Part shown: piece after piece, positions 51,717-63,214 of the stretch
How the letters are laid out: each line of letters opens with the position of its first letter
Position numbering within the stretch: the first letter of the stretch is position 1
NCBI GenBank assembly: GCA_034530875.2
Contig: JAVRCJ020000021.1
Location: 1 to 64,000 of the forward strand
DNA: 64,000 bases
Direction of reading: 5' to 3'
DNA from: Nostoc sp. DedSLP01
Lineage (GTDB): Bacteria > Cyanobacteriota > Cyanobacteriia > Cyanobacteriales > Nostocaceae
Program-made: the position numbers and the translations under genes
The notes under the pieces: generated by a model
What the model was told of the DNA's origin: nothing
The model's input: the letters and a program-made list of their open reading frames with translations, nothing else
Databases searched by the model: none

Positions 51717-52895
51717 ATGAATTTTAAAATTCCTTTAGCATGGCTACAGCTAGCCCAGCAAAAAGTTCGTTTAATAGTAGCTGTAGCCGGGATTGCTTTT
51801 ATTGTGCTGCTGATGTTTGTGCAACTTGGTTTTCAAGATGCTCTTTATTCTAGTGCAACCGCAGTACATCAAAATCTCAAAGGAGATTTATTTTTAGTGA
51901 GTTCGCAATATAAATCTTTGACATCAACTCAAAGCTTTTCGCGGACTCGTTTGTATCAAGCTTTAGGGTTTAATGGCGTAGAGTCAGTAAGCCCCATGTA
52001 TTTGCAATTTGCCAAACTCAAAAATCCGGTAACTGGCGAGAAATATTCAATATATGTTATTGGATTCGATCCAGGCAGACCCGTCATGAACATCGCAGAA
52101 ATCGAGCAAAATATAGATAAGCTCAAAATTCCCGATGTCATGCTTTTTGACAGAAGGTCGCGCACAGAATTTGGCCCAATTGCCGAAAAATTTGATGCCG
52201 GAAATACAGAGCAGACAATCGAAATCTTTCCCTATAATTCCTTAATTGGCTATAAAGTCAGGATTGGTGGCTTATTTAGTTTAGGGCCTTCCTTTGGGGT
52301 AGATGGCAACTTAGTTGTTAGTGACTCAACTTTCCTGAGGATAAACCCTAATACTCGTCCAGCCGATATGATAGATGTCGGTTTGATAACCCTCAAGCCT
52401 GGCGCTGACGCACAAACAGTACTAAAAGATTTGCAAGCAAGTTTGCCAAATGACGTGCAGATTTTTACACGCCAAGGCTTTATTGATTTCGAGAAAAAAT
52501 ATTGGTCTGTCAGAACGCCTATCGGTTTTATACTTAACCTGATGTTGACAATGGCTTCTGTCGTTGGTGTCGTAATTGTCTATCAAATTCTTTACAGCAA
52601 CATTGCTACACAGTTCGTTGCTTATGCCACATTAAAAGCCATAGGTTATGCCAATAGATATCTGTTGAATGTGGTATTTCAACAAGCCTTAATCTTAGCA
52701 ATTCTAGGTTATATTCCAGGCTTTCTAACTTCTGTATTGTTATACGATTTTGCAATGGAAGCAACTAAATTGCCAATAGTTATGACCACCAACAATGCAA
52801 TACTCGTCTTAACATCAGCAGTTTTAATGTGCATAACTTCCGGAGGACTCGCCATCAACAAACTCCGTTCCGCAGACCCAGGAGATATTTTCTAA
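51717..52895 (+). CDS. hgdC: DevC-family ABC permease HgdC
   Basis: IPLAWLQL, QLGFQDALY, YATLKAIGY and KLRSADPGDIF. Confidence 0.9.
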   Translation: MNFKIPLAWLQLAQQKVRLIVAVAGIAFIVLLMFVQLGFQDALYSSATAVHQNLKGDLFLVSSQYKSLTSTQSFSRTRLYQALGFNGVESVSPMYLQFAKLKNPVTGEKYSIYVIGFDPGRPVMNIAEIEQNIDKLKIPDVMLFDRRSRTEFGPIAEKFDAGNTEQTIEIFPYNSLIGYKVRIGGLFSLGPSFGVDGNLVVSDSTFLRINPNTRPADMIDVGLITLKPGADAQTVLKDLQASLPNDVQIFTRQGFIDFEKKYWSVRTPIGFILNLMLTMASVVGVVIVYQILYSNIATQFVAYATLKAIGYANRYLLNVVFQQALILAILGYIPGFLTSVLLYDFAMEATKLPIVMTTNNAILVLTSAVLMCITSGGLAINKLRSADPGDIF

Positions 52896-52989
52896 ACCCC
52901 CCTCTTCTTCTCTCTGCGCCTCCGCGCCTCTGCGTGTTAGCAAACCGGGGCGTAGCCCGATAAAACCAAAATCTCTATATCTTCCCCCC

Positions 52990-53994
52990 ATGAACCTCAA
53001 AAACCAAACTCTCCTGATTACCGGAATCGACCAATTTGTAGGCTTGCGCGCAGCCGAATTAGCCACAGCCCAGGGAATCAAAGTCCGCGGTTTACAAACT
53101 TCTAAAGAAGATAACAAAAAAGCCCAAAATTTAGGCATTGAACTAATTCATGGTAGTATCACAGATTCTACTATTGCCCAAAAAGCTTGCCAAGGAATAG
53201 ACATCGTTTTACATACAGAACAACTTGCTCAAGAAGCTGGTGCAATCAATCATTTTCGTGACATCAACGTTAACGGCGCTGTTAACATCGCTAAAGCCGC
53301 AAAACAAGCAGGTGTTAAAACTTTTGTACATCTCTCCAGCGTCATGGTCTATGGTTTCAACTATCCTGATGGCGTGACAGAAACCGGACAACTTTCTGGT
53401 GAAAATAACCCTTATTGCCAAACAAAAATAGAAGCAGAAACAGCACTTCTAGAATTAAATAATCCCTCAGAGTTTGGCGTTATTATCATTCGTGCAGGTG
53501 ATATTTATGGCCCTGGAAGTATTCCTTGGATAGTCAAACCAATTTTGATGATGCGTCAAAAATTATTTGCATATCCCAATGATGGTAAGGGAGTAATCAA
53601 TCATGTATATATAGATAACCTGATTGATGCCATATTTTTGGCAATAGAAAAACAGCCTTACGGAGAAATATTTAATATCACCGACGGACAACAAACTTCT
53701 TGGAAAGAGTATTTCATGCACCTAGCAGCAATGGAAGGTTTACCAGCACCTCTTTCCTTACCAAAAGAGGAAATGAAATTGTTTTTAAAGCTACGCGCTC
53801 AAGGACAAAAACTTTTCCGGAAAAAAGCCGATATTTTACCAGAATCTGTAGATTTTATGGCTCGTCCATATTCGTGTTCCATTGAAAAAGCTCAAAATTT
53901 ATTAAATTATAAACCAACAATCGGCCTTGAAGAAGGTATGCAGCGTACACATGAATGGCTGCAAAAAACAGAGATTGAAAATTTAGTGAAATAG
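52990..53994 (+). CDS. NAD-dependent epimerase/dehydratase family protein (hgl island)
   Basis: Extended SDR motifs HLSSVMVYG, PYCQTK and IYGPG. The Gly-rich loop is degenerate (TGIDQFVG). Confidence 0.85.
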   Translation: MNLKNQTLLITGIDQFVGLRAAELATAQGIKVRGLQTSKEDNKKAQNLGIELIHGSITDSTIAQKACQGIDIVLHTEQLAQEAGAINHFRDINVNGAVNIAKAAKQAGVKTFVHLSSVMVYGFNYPDGVTETGQLSGENNPYCQTKIEAETALLELNNPSEFGVIIIRAGDIYGPGSIPWIVKPILMMRQKLFAYPNDGKGVINHVYIDNLIDAIFLAIEKQPYGEIFNITDGQQTSWKEYFMHLAAMEGLPAPLSLPKEEMKLFLKLRAQGQKLFRKKADILPESVDFMARPYSCSIEKAQNLLNYKPTIGLEEGMQRTHEWLQKTEIENLVK

Positions 53995-54112
53995 GAGAAT
54001 GGGAAGACGCGATTAATCGCGTCTGTACAATATTTAGAAAATCAAGTAAGTGTGGTATAACTTCTTGATTTATTTGGAATTATTCACCTTTTTTTCAAAT
54101 TTTTCTATTAGC

Positions 54113-54160
54113 TCCTGACTCCTGACTCCTGACTCCTGAATTCTGAATTCTGAATTCTGC
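54113..54160. repeat. STRR heptamer array (CTCCTGA/TTCTGAA)
   Basis: Directly visible tandem heptamers. Confidence 0.85.
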
Positions 54161-54198
54161 TTCAAATCATCCACAAATTGCGTAAATACTTGTTTGAT

Positions 54199-55179
54199 AT
54201 GAGTAGCAATCAGCCACGGTTGAGTATTGGATTGCCTGTATACAATGGTGAAAGATTTCTTCAACAAGCTATAAATTCGCTGTTGGCTCAAAGCTTTAAA
54301 GATTTTGAATTAATTATTTCAGATAATGCATCTACAGATAAAACTGAGGAAATTTGTAGAGCTTATGCGAAGCAAGACCAACGTATTCGCTACTACCGCA
54401 ATGAGTATAACATTGGTTGCGCTCGTAACTTTAATCGTGTCTTTGAATTGTCTTCAGGTGAGTATTTTAAATGGGCAGCTTATGACGATTTACACGCTCC
54501 TGATTTTGTCAGTAAATGCGTTGAGTTACTCGATGCAGACCCTACCATCATTCTGTGCCACACCCAGGTATATTTTATTGACGAACAAGGAAAATTTCTC
54601 CAAAGTTACGATATCAAACTCAAAACAGACGCTCTAAAACCACACCATCGCTTTCACGAATTACTGAGTAAACATTTATGTTATCAGTGCTATGGCGTAA
54701 TTCGTGCTAGCGCTCTGAAAAAAGTACCGCCTATGGGTGGTTATGGTAATGCAGATGGAATTTTCTTGCTAAGGCTTGGCCTTGTGGGTCGATTTTATGA
54801 AATCCCTGAATACTTATTTTTTGCAAGAAGCCATCCGCAACAATCAATGAGTATGTTTTTTCCCAGTTATATGTCTCTAGCAAACAATAATCAAGCATCT
54901 TCATTTAGAAGGTTGCCCGATTATTATGCGTATACAGTGTGGTTTGATTCAGCAAAAAAAGGGAAAATTCTATTGCCACATTGGAGGATGCTATGGGAAT
55001 ATATCATCTCAATATGGTACGTTCCTCTGAGTTTGTATGAGCGCTTATGTTGTCATAGAAGTCTCATACAGAAGTTAAAAGGTGCAGAATATTTGCTAGT
55101 GAAAGATTTGCTAAAAGTGTTGAAAATTCTTGTTAAAAATTGGCGACAAGCAGCAATTAGAACAAGAGTTAGCCATTAA
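54199..55179 (+). CDS. GT2 family glycosyltransferase
   Basis: SIGLPVYNGE, ISDNASTD and WAAYDD. Confidence 0.9.
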   Translation: MSSNQPRLSIGLPVYNGERFLQQAINSLLAQSFKDFELIISDNASTDKTEEICRAYAKQDQRIRYYRNEYNIGCARNFNRVFELSSGEYFKWAAYDDLHAPDFVSKCVELLDADPTIILCHTQVYFIDEQGKFLQSYDIKLKTDALKPHHRFHELLSKHLCYQCYGVIRASALKKVPPMGGYGNADGIFLLRLGLVGRFYEIPEYLFFARSHPQQSMSMFFPSYMSLANNNQASSFRRLPDYYAYTVWFDSAKKGKILLPHWRMLWEYIISIWYVPLSLYERLCCHRSLIQKLKGAEYLLVKDLLKVLKILVKNWRQAAIRTRVSH

Positions 55180-55294
55180 TTATTTCTCTCTCTTCAGCAA
55201 TCGGGTAAGTATGCCTCCTGTTTTTTTGGATGGCAATGTATGAGCATAGAAAAGTTTTTCCACGTTCAAATCTCTATCTTTTGACTAGAAAATT

Positions 55295-55762
55295 ATGCTG
55301 AAACTATCTCAATTGTCTTACTTTTTGTTTGCTAGTTTATTAAGCATCAGCTTTACTAAAACAGTAAACGCTGAACCAGCAGCAAAACTTAGTATTGTAG
55401 TCAATGGAATCCGTCACCAAAAAGGCGAAATTTGCTTCCGAATTTTTGGGGGTGAAAGAGGATTTCCTATGAAGAATACTAGTGAAGTTAAAAGTGGCTG
55501 CGCTAAGATTACAGGCACTTCTGTAAAACAAGAATTCTCTGGTTTAAAACCAGGAACTTATGCTGTTGCTGTAGTTGACGATCAAAATGGCGATCGCAAA
55601 CTCAATAAAGACTTTTTTGGTATTCCCACAGAAGGATTTGGCATTTCCAAAAATCCAACTGTATCTATACAAACAGGCACGCCAAAGTTTCGCGATGCCA
55701 GTTTTGTAGTCAATAAAAATACCACAGTCAACATTATCATGAAATACTCTTTGGATTCATAA
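55295..55762 (+). CDS. DUF2141 family protein
   Basis: Signal peptide and GTYAVAVVDDQNGDRKLNKDFFGIPTEGFGISKNP. Confidence 0.88.
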   Translation: MLKLSQLSYFLFASLLSISFTKTVNAEPAAKLSIVVNGIRHQKGEICFRIFGGERGFPMKNTSEVKSGCAKITGTSVKQEFSGLKPGTYAVAVVDDQNGDRKLNKDFFGIPTEGFGISKNPTVSIQTGTPKFRDASFVVNKNTTVNIIMKYSLDS

Positions 55763-55767
55763 ATCAA

Positions 55768-55885
55768 AGGGGAATGGGGAGTAGGGAGTAGGGGAGATGA
55801 GGGAGATAAGGGAGAATAACTCCTAACTCCTAACTCCTAACTCGTAACTCCCCATTCCCTATTCCCCATTCCCTACTCCCCCATT
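55768..55885. repeat. mixed STRR array (GGGAGTA / ACTCCTA / CCCATTC)
   Basis: Tandem heptamers, partly inverted. Confidence 0.8.
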
Positions 55886-55898
55886 CTTGGAGAATTTA

Positions 55899-57158
55899 AT
55901 GGAAGATTTGGCAATATTTCTGTCTAAGTCTTTGATGGGTTGGCTAGTTATTCAGGTGTGTTTAACGCTAATCTTTATTTGGTATTTGCGCTCGTCTCCA
56001 AAAACTTTATTATCAGATGAGCAGTTACCTAAAACAGCAGTAATTCTTTGCTTACGAGGAGCCGATCCTTTTTTACCTAGTTGTTTGCGATCGCTCCTCA
56101 ATCAAAACTACCCAAATTACAATTTAAAGTTAGTTATTGATAATCAAGAAGATCCTGCTTGGAAAATTGCCAGCGAAACTATCATAGAGCAAGAAGCAAC
56201 TAATGTTCAAATCAGCCCTTTGAGAATGATACGCAAGAATTGCAGTCTCAAATGCAGTTCTCTAGTGCAGGCTGTTCGCGAGTTGGACGACTCCTATAAA
56301 GTGGTTGCTTTAGTAGATGCTGATACTATAGTTCATGCCAATTGGCTGCGAGAATTAGTCAGTCCTCTAGGCGATGCTAACGTCGGCGCAACAACCGGTA
56401 ACCGTTGGTACGTACCAACAGGTAGGTATTGGGGATCTTTAGTACGATACATGGGCAATGTATCTACAGTCGTGCAAATGTTCCTCTTCCAAATTCCTTG
56501 GGGCGGAACTTTAGCTATAAAAACAGAAGTGCTTCATCAAACAGAACTTCTAGATAAGTGGGCACAAGCTTTAAGCGAAGATTTCATGATTCACGATGTT
56601 CTGAAAATACATGGATTAAAGGTTAAATTTGTACCTTCTTTATTAACAGTAAATCGTGAAGAAATTGATTTAATCGGCTTACTAGATTCTCTCAAACGCT
56701 TGATACTTTGTTCTCGACTTTATCACCCGCGTTGGTTGGCTATAGTTAGTGAAGCTGTTTCTAGCATTCTGTTTCCAACTACAGTGATTATGTTAATTTT
56801 AGAGTCATTGTTAGAAACAAAATGGGAAGCCGCAGGTTTATTATTTGTCTGCTATAGCGTCTATATTATCGGATTGCTTTTACTGATACTTGTCTTGGAA
56901 TTAGTAATACAGCAAGTAGTTCGCTCGAATAACCAACCAATAACTAAATTATCAGTCAATACAATCGTTAAAATGTTGATTGGAATTCCCCTAACGCAAT
57001 GGGTTTATGGGTTGGCGATGCTATCATCTCTGTGGATTTCAACAGTCACTTGGCGCAGTATCAGCTATAGAGTTCGAGGGGCTTGGAATATCCGCTTAGT
57101 AGAATATCGCCCTTATCAATGGTTGGATCAGCCTAGTGATAGCAAGATTTCTCTTTAA
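55899..57158 (+). CDS. GT2/GT21-like (ceramide glucosyltransferase-like) membrane glycosyltransferase
   Basis: LCLRGADP, CSLKC, DAD, WGG, SED and VTWRSISY. Confidence 0.85.
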   Translation: MEDLAIFLSKSLMGWLVIQVCLTLIFIWYLRSSPKTLLSDEQLPKTAVILCLRGADPFLPSCLRSLLNQNYPNYNLKLVIDNQEDPAWKIASETIIEQEATNVQISPLRMIRKNCSLKCSSLVQAVRELDDSYKVVALVDADTIVHANWLRELVSPLGDANVGATTGNRWYVPTGRYWGSLVRYMGNVSTVVQMFLFQIPWGGTLAIKTEVLHQTELLDKWAQALSEDFMIHDVLKIHGLKVKFVPSLLTVNREEIDLIGLLDSLKRLILCSRLYHPRWLAIVSEAVSSILFPTTVIMLILESLLETKWEAAGLLFVCYSVYIIGLLLLILVLELVIQQVVRSNNQPITKLSVNTIVKMLIGIPLTQWVYGLAMLSSLWISTVTWRSISYRVRGAWNIRLVEYRPYQWLDQPSDSKISL

Positions 57159-57523
57159 AGAGAATTCAGGAGTCAGAATTCAGAATTCAGAATTATAAAA
57201 GATTCTCTGTCTAGCTATCAGATTTAGATAGTGTAATGAACTTTCTTTGAAATCGCTATAAATATCAACTAGAGAAATGAAACTGATTAGGCTAAACATT
57301 TCCTAGTACTGAATTTATATTGCTATCAAGCATTAGTATTGAGAATTATTCAAAATCAGAGTTACTAGAACTTATTGATTTTTTGAAATTTTTCAGTTTG
57401 AGTATAAATATCTTCTGAATTATAAATTTTTAATTCAGATTGTCAACTCATACTCTTCTTCAGAAGTTTACTGCGTAAATCCTAAAGCAAAACCAGTATT
57501 TTAGCGAAAAATTAATTTTTGAC

Positions 57524-58771
57524 ATGACTAAAAAACGACTCCGCATTGCTTTATTTACGGGATTGTACGCTCCTTTTTTAACTGGAGTTTCTGTAGCAGT
57601 ACATCAACGAGTTCGTTGGTTGTTGGAACAGGGACATGAAGTTTTTTTGATTCATCCACAAATTAACGATCGCTATCCAAAAAATGTTGGCGCTCGCCCT
57701 ATGCTAGGATTAAATGAAATTCAATCTTTTCCTAACTTATCCACTTACGCATTCCCCACAAAACCGCTAATATTTTATAAGTCTCTTCCCCAACCATTGC
57801 ACTATCGGCATTGGAGTGATACTAAGCTTTTAGAAAAATTTAAGCCCGACATTATAGTGGTTGAAGAAGCGCCACAAATGCGAGGTTTATACTCACTTTT
57901 CTTGCAAGGTTACGGTCGCCCTGTAGGAACACAATACGCAAGACGCACGGGTACGCCAATAATTTCACTTTTCCATACTGATATTGTTGAGTACATTAAA
58001 TATTACTTTGGCAATAAAGCCTTCAGCTTAGTTCGCCTAATCATTCCTATTTTGGTCAAACAGTTTAGCAAGGCTTACGACTTCAATTTCTTTCCTTCTC
58101 AAGAACAACTCAAGAAATACAAAAATCTTCAATGCCAACGTGCTGAATATCTCCCTTATCAAGGTATAGATTGCGAAAAATTTCACCCCCGAAATATCTG
58201 TCACGACCCAATTCCTAACGACCATCGACCAACTTTGCTGTTTGTCGGACGCATCACCGCCGAAAAGAACGTCAACCAACTGATTGATATATTTCCCCTC
58301 ATTGCTGCCAAAATCCCTGATGTCCATCTGGTGATTGTTGGAAGTGGCCCCCAAGATCGAGAAATTCGCCAACGTGCCCAACAGTTTGCACCTGGTATTA
58401 CCATCTGGGGCGAATCCCACGGTACAGAACTTTTAGGCTGGTTTGCCAGAGCAGATATTTTTGTTAACCCCTCTATCACCGAAAATTTCTGCACTACAAA
58501 TAACGAAGCCCTAGCTTCTGGAACCCCTTTAGTTGCTGTTACTGCACCTTCAACTTCAGAACAAGTATTTCCTGGCCGCAACGGCTTCCTCGCTCAACCC
58601 AACAACCCCACAGACTTTGCGCAAAAGGTAATCGCGATTCTAGAAAATCCCGAATTAAAGGCATACATGACACAACAAGCCCGCCCCTCCATAATCGATT
58701 TCGATTGGTCGGCGTGTATGGAAAAATTTGAAAACAAACTCTATCAAATTGTTGAGGGGACTACTAATTGA
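57524..58771 (+). CDS. hglT: GT4 glycosyltransferase HglT (heterocyst glycolipid synthase)
   Basis: RIALFTGLYAPFLTGV, FVGRITAEKN and ENFCTTNNEALASG. It is the last gene of the hgd arm. Confidence 0.8.
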   Translation: MTKKRLRIALFTGLYAPFLTGVSVAVHQRVRWLLEQGHEVFLIHPQINDRYPKNVGARPMLGLNEIQSFPNLSTYAFPTKPLIFYKSLPQPLHYRHWSDTKLLEKFKPDIIVVEEAPQMRGLYSLFLQGYGRPVGTQYARRTGTPIISLFHTDIVEYIKYYFGNKAFSLVRLIIPILVKQFSKAYDFNFFPSQEQLKKYKNLQCQRAEYLPYQGIDCEKFHPRNICHDPIPNDHRPTLLFVGRITAEKNVNQLIDIFPLIAAKIPDVHLVIVGSGPQDREIRQRAQQFAPGITIWGESHGTELLGWFARADIFVNPSITENFCTTNNEALASGTPLVAVTAPSTSEQVFPGRNGFLAQPNNPTDFAQKVIAILENPELKAYMTQQARPSIIDFDWSACMEKFENKLYQIVEGTTN

Positions 58772-58902
58772 GCATTGGAATGGGGAAAGGGAAAGGGGTA
58801 AGATAAAATTTATTCCTTTTCCCTTTAACCTTTTCCCCTGCTTCCCCGCCGCCTCTGCTCCCTCTGCCCCTCTACCCCCCCTACCTCCCCACTCCCCACT
58901 CC

Positions 58903-59841
58903 CTACTCCCCACCCACCAAAGCAATTTCTGATAACAATAAAAGCTGCTCTTGTAAATTTTTCAGGAAACCTAAAGTTACTTGATAGGTTATAGTTTCTC
59001 CCTGTTGGGCAAAGTATTCTAGCGCCTTTCGTAAGTCTGCAATTGCGGCTTGTTCGCGGCCAAGCTGATGGTAAGCTATACCCCGATTAAGATAAGCTTG
59101 GGCGTTGGTTGGGTAAAATTTTAGCGATTCAGTAAAATCCTCAATAGCACAAGAGCGATCGCTGCTTCTAACACAAGCACAAGCGCGATTATAATACGCT
59201 CTGTAATTATTGGGATCGATCGCAATTGCTTTTGAAAAATCGAGCATAGCTGCTTTTAAATCTGACAATTCAAAACGAGCGATTCCCCGTTCGTTGTAGA
59301 TATCTGCTCTCAGTACGCTAGATGTTGCCGGAATATTGGTTAGTGCTAGTTCGTAATCTGAGATTGCTTGCTGGTAATTACCCAACATAGAACGGGCTAC
59401 CCCTCGGTTGTAGTAAGCTCTAAAATTATTAGGTTTGAGTGCGATCGCTCGATCGTAATCTGCGATCGCTGCGTGATAATTACCTTGTTTGTAGTATGCT
59501 AACCCTCGGTTGAGGTGTGCTGTTACATTGTTGGGTGTTAAATTTAGAGCTTGCTTGCAATCGGCGATCGCATTTTGATAATTTTCTATTTTGAGATAAG
59601 CAAGACAGCGATGATTGTAAGCCGAAGCAAAATCATTTCTGAGCTTAATTGCCTCACTGAAATTTTCAATAGCTTCCGCATAATTGCCATCGTGTATTTT
59701 TTCAACCCCTAACTTCAAAAAATCTCCGGCTGTGATTTCAGTACTAGCAATAGGTAGCGAGTACCCAGGTGAAGCGATAAAAATACAGACGAGTGCGAAG
59801 GCAATACCAAAATTGAGCATGAATCGGAAAAAGCGACTCAT
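58903..59841 (-). CDS. secreted TPR-repeat protein
   Basis: Signal peptide and multiple AYxNRG...AIADY TPR units. Confidence 0.88.
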   Translation of the reverse strand: MSRFFRFMLNFGIAFALVCIFIASPGYSLPIASTEITAGDFLKLGVEKIHDGNYAEAIENFSEAIKLRNDFASAYNHRCLAYLKIENYQNAIADCKQALNLTPNNVTAHLNRGLAYYKQGNYHAAIADYDRAIALKPNNFRAYYNRGVARSMLGNYQQAISDYELALTNIPATSSVLRADIYNERGIARFELSDLKAAMLDFSKAIAIDPNNYRAYYNRACACVRSSDRSCAIEDFTESLKFYPTNAQAYLNRGIAYHQLGREQAAIADLRKALEYFAQQGETITYQVTLGFLKNLQEQLLLLSEIALVGGE

Positions 59842-60336
59842 AATGATATCTCGCATTGCTAAGAGAACAAAAAATAGTACGCAATATCAAGTCCAAAGCA
59901 AAACTCATAATTAGGTTTAATGTACGCAGAGCTTCCAATTATAAGTAATTAACCGAACTTGATGAGGACGTTTTAAAAGTAGTGCCTGATGTATTAAAAC
60001 CTATAATCCTTCTACAATATGTTCGCAAAGAAGGATTTTCATCAATTCCCGACTTTCACAATTGCTGCAAGCACATTCTTAATTCCAATTTTCTTGTTCC
60101 CCGCTGGTATCGTCAAAAGACAGTCTGTCAAAGTACCATTTTTGAAAAATATTTAGTGATGTCTGGTGAGAATATACGTTAAACTCTTAAGAAACAGATT
60201 TTGAACGATATAAAGTTTGCTTAATTATTTATACTCAATCTCTGCTGCGAATTGCTATAAGTCTTGCTTGTAAAAGGAGAAAAGGGAAAAGGGTAATTTC
60301 AAACCTTTCCCCTTTTCCCCTCTTTATTTATAGATT

Positions 60337-60363
60337 TTAGGGTGAGCATTTTGCCCACCCTAA
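60337..60363 (-). terminator. hairpin immediately downstream of glgB
   Basis: TTAGGGTGAGCA-TTT-TGCCCACCCTAA. Confidence 0.5.
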
Positions 60364-60371
60364 CTTCTCAA

Positions 60372-62666
60372 TTATTCTTTCAGTGCCTCAGCAGTCTTCT
60401 CTTTATCCAATTTGAGAATTAACACACCCAAAGGTGGTAAACACAAATCCAAGGAATGAGGACTACTGTGCAAAGACCACTCATCCGTCCACTTGCCGCC
60501 TAAATTGCCCATGTTACTGCCACCGTACTTACGAGCATCGCTGTTGAACAACTCGGTATAAAATCCCTTTTCTGGAACACCAATACGGTAGTGAGAATGG
60601 GGTTGCGGCGTGAAGTTGCAAACCACAACCACAAAATCCTCAGTATCCTTATCGCGACGGATAAAGGAAACCACACTATGGCGGTTATCGCTACAGTCAA
60701 TCCACTGAAACCCTGGTTCAGCAAAATCCTGAGTATATAAAGCTGGTTCGCTGCGGTAAAGATGGTTTAAATCCTGGAAAAAGCCTTTTAACTGTTGATG
60801 GGCTTCATACTGCAATAAATGCCACTCTAAGTCAGCCCAAACATTCCATTCACTCCACTGTCCAAACTCCATGCTCATAAACATGGTTTTCTTGCCTGGG
60901 TGAGCAAACATATAGGTAAACAAGCAACGCACATTCGCGAACTTCTGCCATCTATCCCCCGGCATTTTGCCGATTATATTACTCTTGCCATGCACCACTT
61001 CATCGTGCGACAAGGCCAGCATGAAGTTCTCGCTGTGGTTATACCACATACTAAAGGTGATGTTGTTTTGGTGGAACTGGCGGAACCAAGGATCCATGCT
61101 GAAGTAGTCCAGCATATCGTGCATCCAGCCCATATTCCACTTCAAGTTAAAGCCCAGTCCGCCTGTGTAGGTGGGCCAAGAAACCATCGGCCAAGAAGTG
61201 GATTCTTCAGCAATTGAGAGAATTCCAGGAAAATAGCTGAAGATAGTGTGATTTACTTGGCGCAGAAAATCCGCTGCTTCTAGATTTTCTCTGCCGCCGT
61301 ACTGGTTGGGCAGCCATTCTCCAGGTTTGCGGCAATAGTCATTGTAGAGCATCGAAGCCACAGCATCGACACGAATCCCGTCAATGTGGTATTTGTCAAA
61401 CCAAAATAGGGCATTTGCCATCAAAAAATTTCTGACTTCGTGGCGACTATAGTTGAACACCAAAGTACCCCATTCTTTGTGTTCGCCTTTGCGGGGGTCG
61501 GCGTGTTCGTATAAGTGGCTTCCATCAAAGAATGCTAGACCATGACCATCTTTCGGGAAGTGACCGGGAACCCAATCCACAATTACGCCGATTTCGTTTT
61601 CATGACATTTGTCAACAAAATACATGAAATCTTCAGGCGTACCAAAACGGGAAGTAGGAGCATAGTACCCAGTTACTTGATAACCCCAAGAACCATCAAA
61701 GGGATGTTCGGCAATGGGTAGCAATTCTATGTGGGTGTATCCTAATTCTTTAACGTAGGGAATAAGTCGCTCTGCTAATTCCCGGTAAGTTAAAAAGCGT
61801 GCGCCTGGTTTGAGTTCCGAAACGATAACTACAGGCTCGGTTTCACCGTTGGGCAGTTTTGCTGGTTCGGCACTAGAAGCGTGTAACCAAGAGCCTAAAT
61901 GCACTTCATAAACAGAAACTGGCTGAGTTAAGGGGTCAGTGTGACGCCGCTTTTCCATCCAATGTTCGTCATTCCAAGTGTAAGCATCTAAATCAGTGAC
62001 AATGGATGCAGTTTTTGGGCGAGCTTCCTGCTGAAAACCGTAGGGATCGGATTTTTCGTAAATGTGACCTTCAAAATTTTTGATTTCATATTTGTAATGC
62101 TCGCCCACTCCGATTTCCGGAATGAACAATTCCCAAACCCCGGTAGGGCCTTTACGCATCTGGTGTTTGCGCCCATCCCAGTAGTTAAAATCTCCCAAAA
62201 TTGAAACATTACGACCGTTTGGTGCCCAAACGGCAAAATATACGCCTTTGACGCCATTTATTTGGGTGGGGTGCGCTCCCAGTTTCTCGTAAATTCGATG
62301 ATGGTTGCCTTCACCAAACAAATGCAAGTCAAAGTCTGTCAAGTTGGGAGAACGGAAAGCGTAAGGATCGTAAGTGACACGCTCGTGTTCCCCTTCTTTA
62401 ATTCGTAACTGGTAGTTTGCCAGTTCTGGGGTTTCAATGGTGCATTCAAAAAAGTTGGGATGATGCACTGTTTGCATTGGGTATTCTTTCCGTTCTTCAG
62501 GAAGGATTACCCATGCTGCGCTTGCATTTGGTAAGTAGGCTCGTACAGCCCAGGCAGTTTTACCATTTTCTTGTATGGCATGGGAACCCAGTATTTCAAA
62601 CGGATCGTGATGCTGATTCCAAACGATGCGGTTAACCTGTTCAGGAGCGATCGTGGTCGTGGACAT
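60372..62666 (-). CDS. glgB: 1,4-alpha-glucan branching enzyme
   Basis: [41 protein letters not shown] and [10 protein letters not shown]. Confidence 0.97.
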   Translation of the reverse strand: MSTTTIAPEQVNRIVWNQHHDPFEILGSHAIQENGKTAWAVRAYLPNASAAWVILPEERKEYPMQTVHHPNFFECTIETPELANYQLRIKEGEHERVTYDPYAFRSPNLTDFDLHLFGEGNHHRIYEKLGAHPTQINGVKGVYFAVWAPNGRNVSILGDFNYWDGRKHQMRKGPTGVWELFIPEIGVGEHYKYEIKNFEGHIYEKSDPYGFQQEARPKTASIVTDLDAYTWNDEHWMEKRRHTDPLTQPVSVYEVHLGSWLHASSAEPAKLPNGETEPVVIVSELKPGARFLTYRELAERLIPYVKELGYTHIELLPIAEHPFDGSWGYQVTGYYAPTSRFGTPEDFMYFVDKCHENEIGVIVDWVPGHFPKDGHGLAFFDGSHLYEHADPRKGEHKEWGTLVFNYSRHEVRNFLMANALFWFDKYHIDGIRVDAVASMLYNDYCRKPGEWLPNQYGGRENLEAADFLRQVNHTIFSYFPGILSIAEESTSWPMVSWPTYTGGLGFNLKWNMGWMHDMLDYFSMDPWFRQFHQNNITFSMWYNHSENFMLALSHDEVVHGKSNIIGKMPGDRWQKFANVRCLFTYMFAHPGKKTMFMSMEFGQWSEWNVWADLEWHLLQYEAHQQLKGFFQDLNHLYRSEPALYTQDFAEPGFQWIDCSDNRHSVVSFIRRDKDTEDFVVVVCNFTPQPHSHYRIGVPEKGFYTELFNSDARKYGGSNMGNLGGKWTDEWSLHSSPHSLDLCLPPLGVLILKLDKEKTAEALKE

Positions 62667-62799
62667 GAAGCTACCTACGTGTAATAACGTGTTGACTAAG
62701 CGTACTTTTTTAATATCTATATATATTCTTTACATTTATTTGCAATTTTGTCGCCACCGTTATCCTACCTCAGAATGAATCATCTGGTTTTTGGAAATA

Positions 62800-62885
62800 G
62801 GGCAGGGGGCAGGAGGCAGGGGGCAGAAGGCAGGGGGCAGGGGGCAGGGAAAACTAATGACTAATGACTAATGACCAATGACTAA
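62800..62885. repeat. STRR arrays (GGGGCAG)n and (ACTAATG)n
   Basis: Directly visible tandem heptamers. Confidence 0.85.
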
Positions 62886-63214
62886 ATATTTAAAAATGGG
62901 AAAAACTGAAGTAAGGCTTTACGTATGCGCAGTAAAAAAATTTGGTCGCGAATTTTGGGGTCTAGTTTTGGCGGTGGTGCTTGTTGCAGCTGTGATTCTA
63001 GCTGGGCGTATTCGGCAGCTGTCAGGAATTTACCATCGATGGGCGATCGCCCTTCTATGATAATCTGCGTCCGTAATATCTCTTCTGGTATATCTTCTGG
63101 TGGCGGTAATGCTATTACTGGCGATCGCCAATTGCTATTTAAAAACAAAACTGTAGCAGTAGCTACAAATAAAAATAGCAATTTTACTATTGTCTTGACT
63201 TGAACTCTCACCAT
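62882..63214 (-). CDS. conserved cyanobacterial hypothetical protein
   Basis: Signal/TM segment followed by LPPPEDIPEEILRTQIIIEGRSPIDGK. Confidence 0.7.
   Translation of the reverse strand: MVRVQVKTIVKLLFLFVATATVLFLNSNWRSPVIALPPPEDIPEEILRTQIIIEGRSPIDGKFLTAAEYAQLESQLQQAPPPKLDPKIRDQIFLLRIRKALLQFFPFLNI

Noticed and set aside
44556..62885. CRISPR array
   Set aside because: The repeats are tandem heptamers or isolated palindromes without unique spacers, and there are no cas genes.
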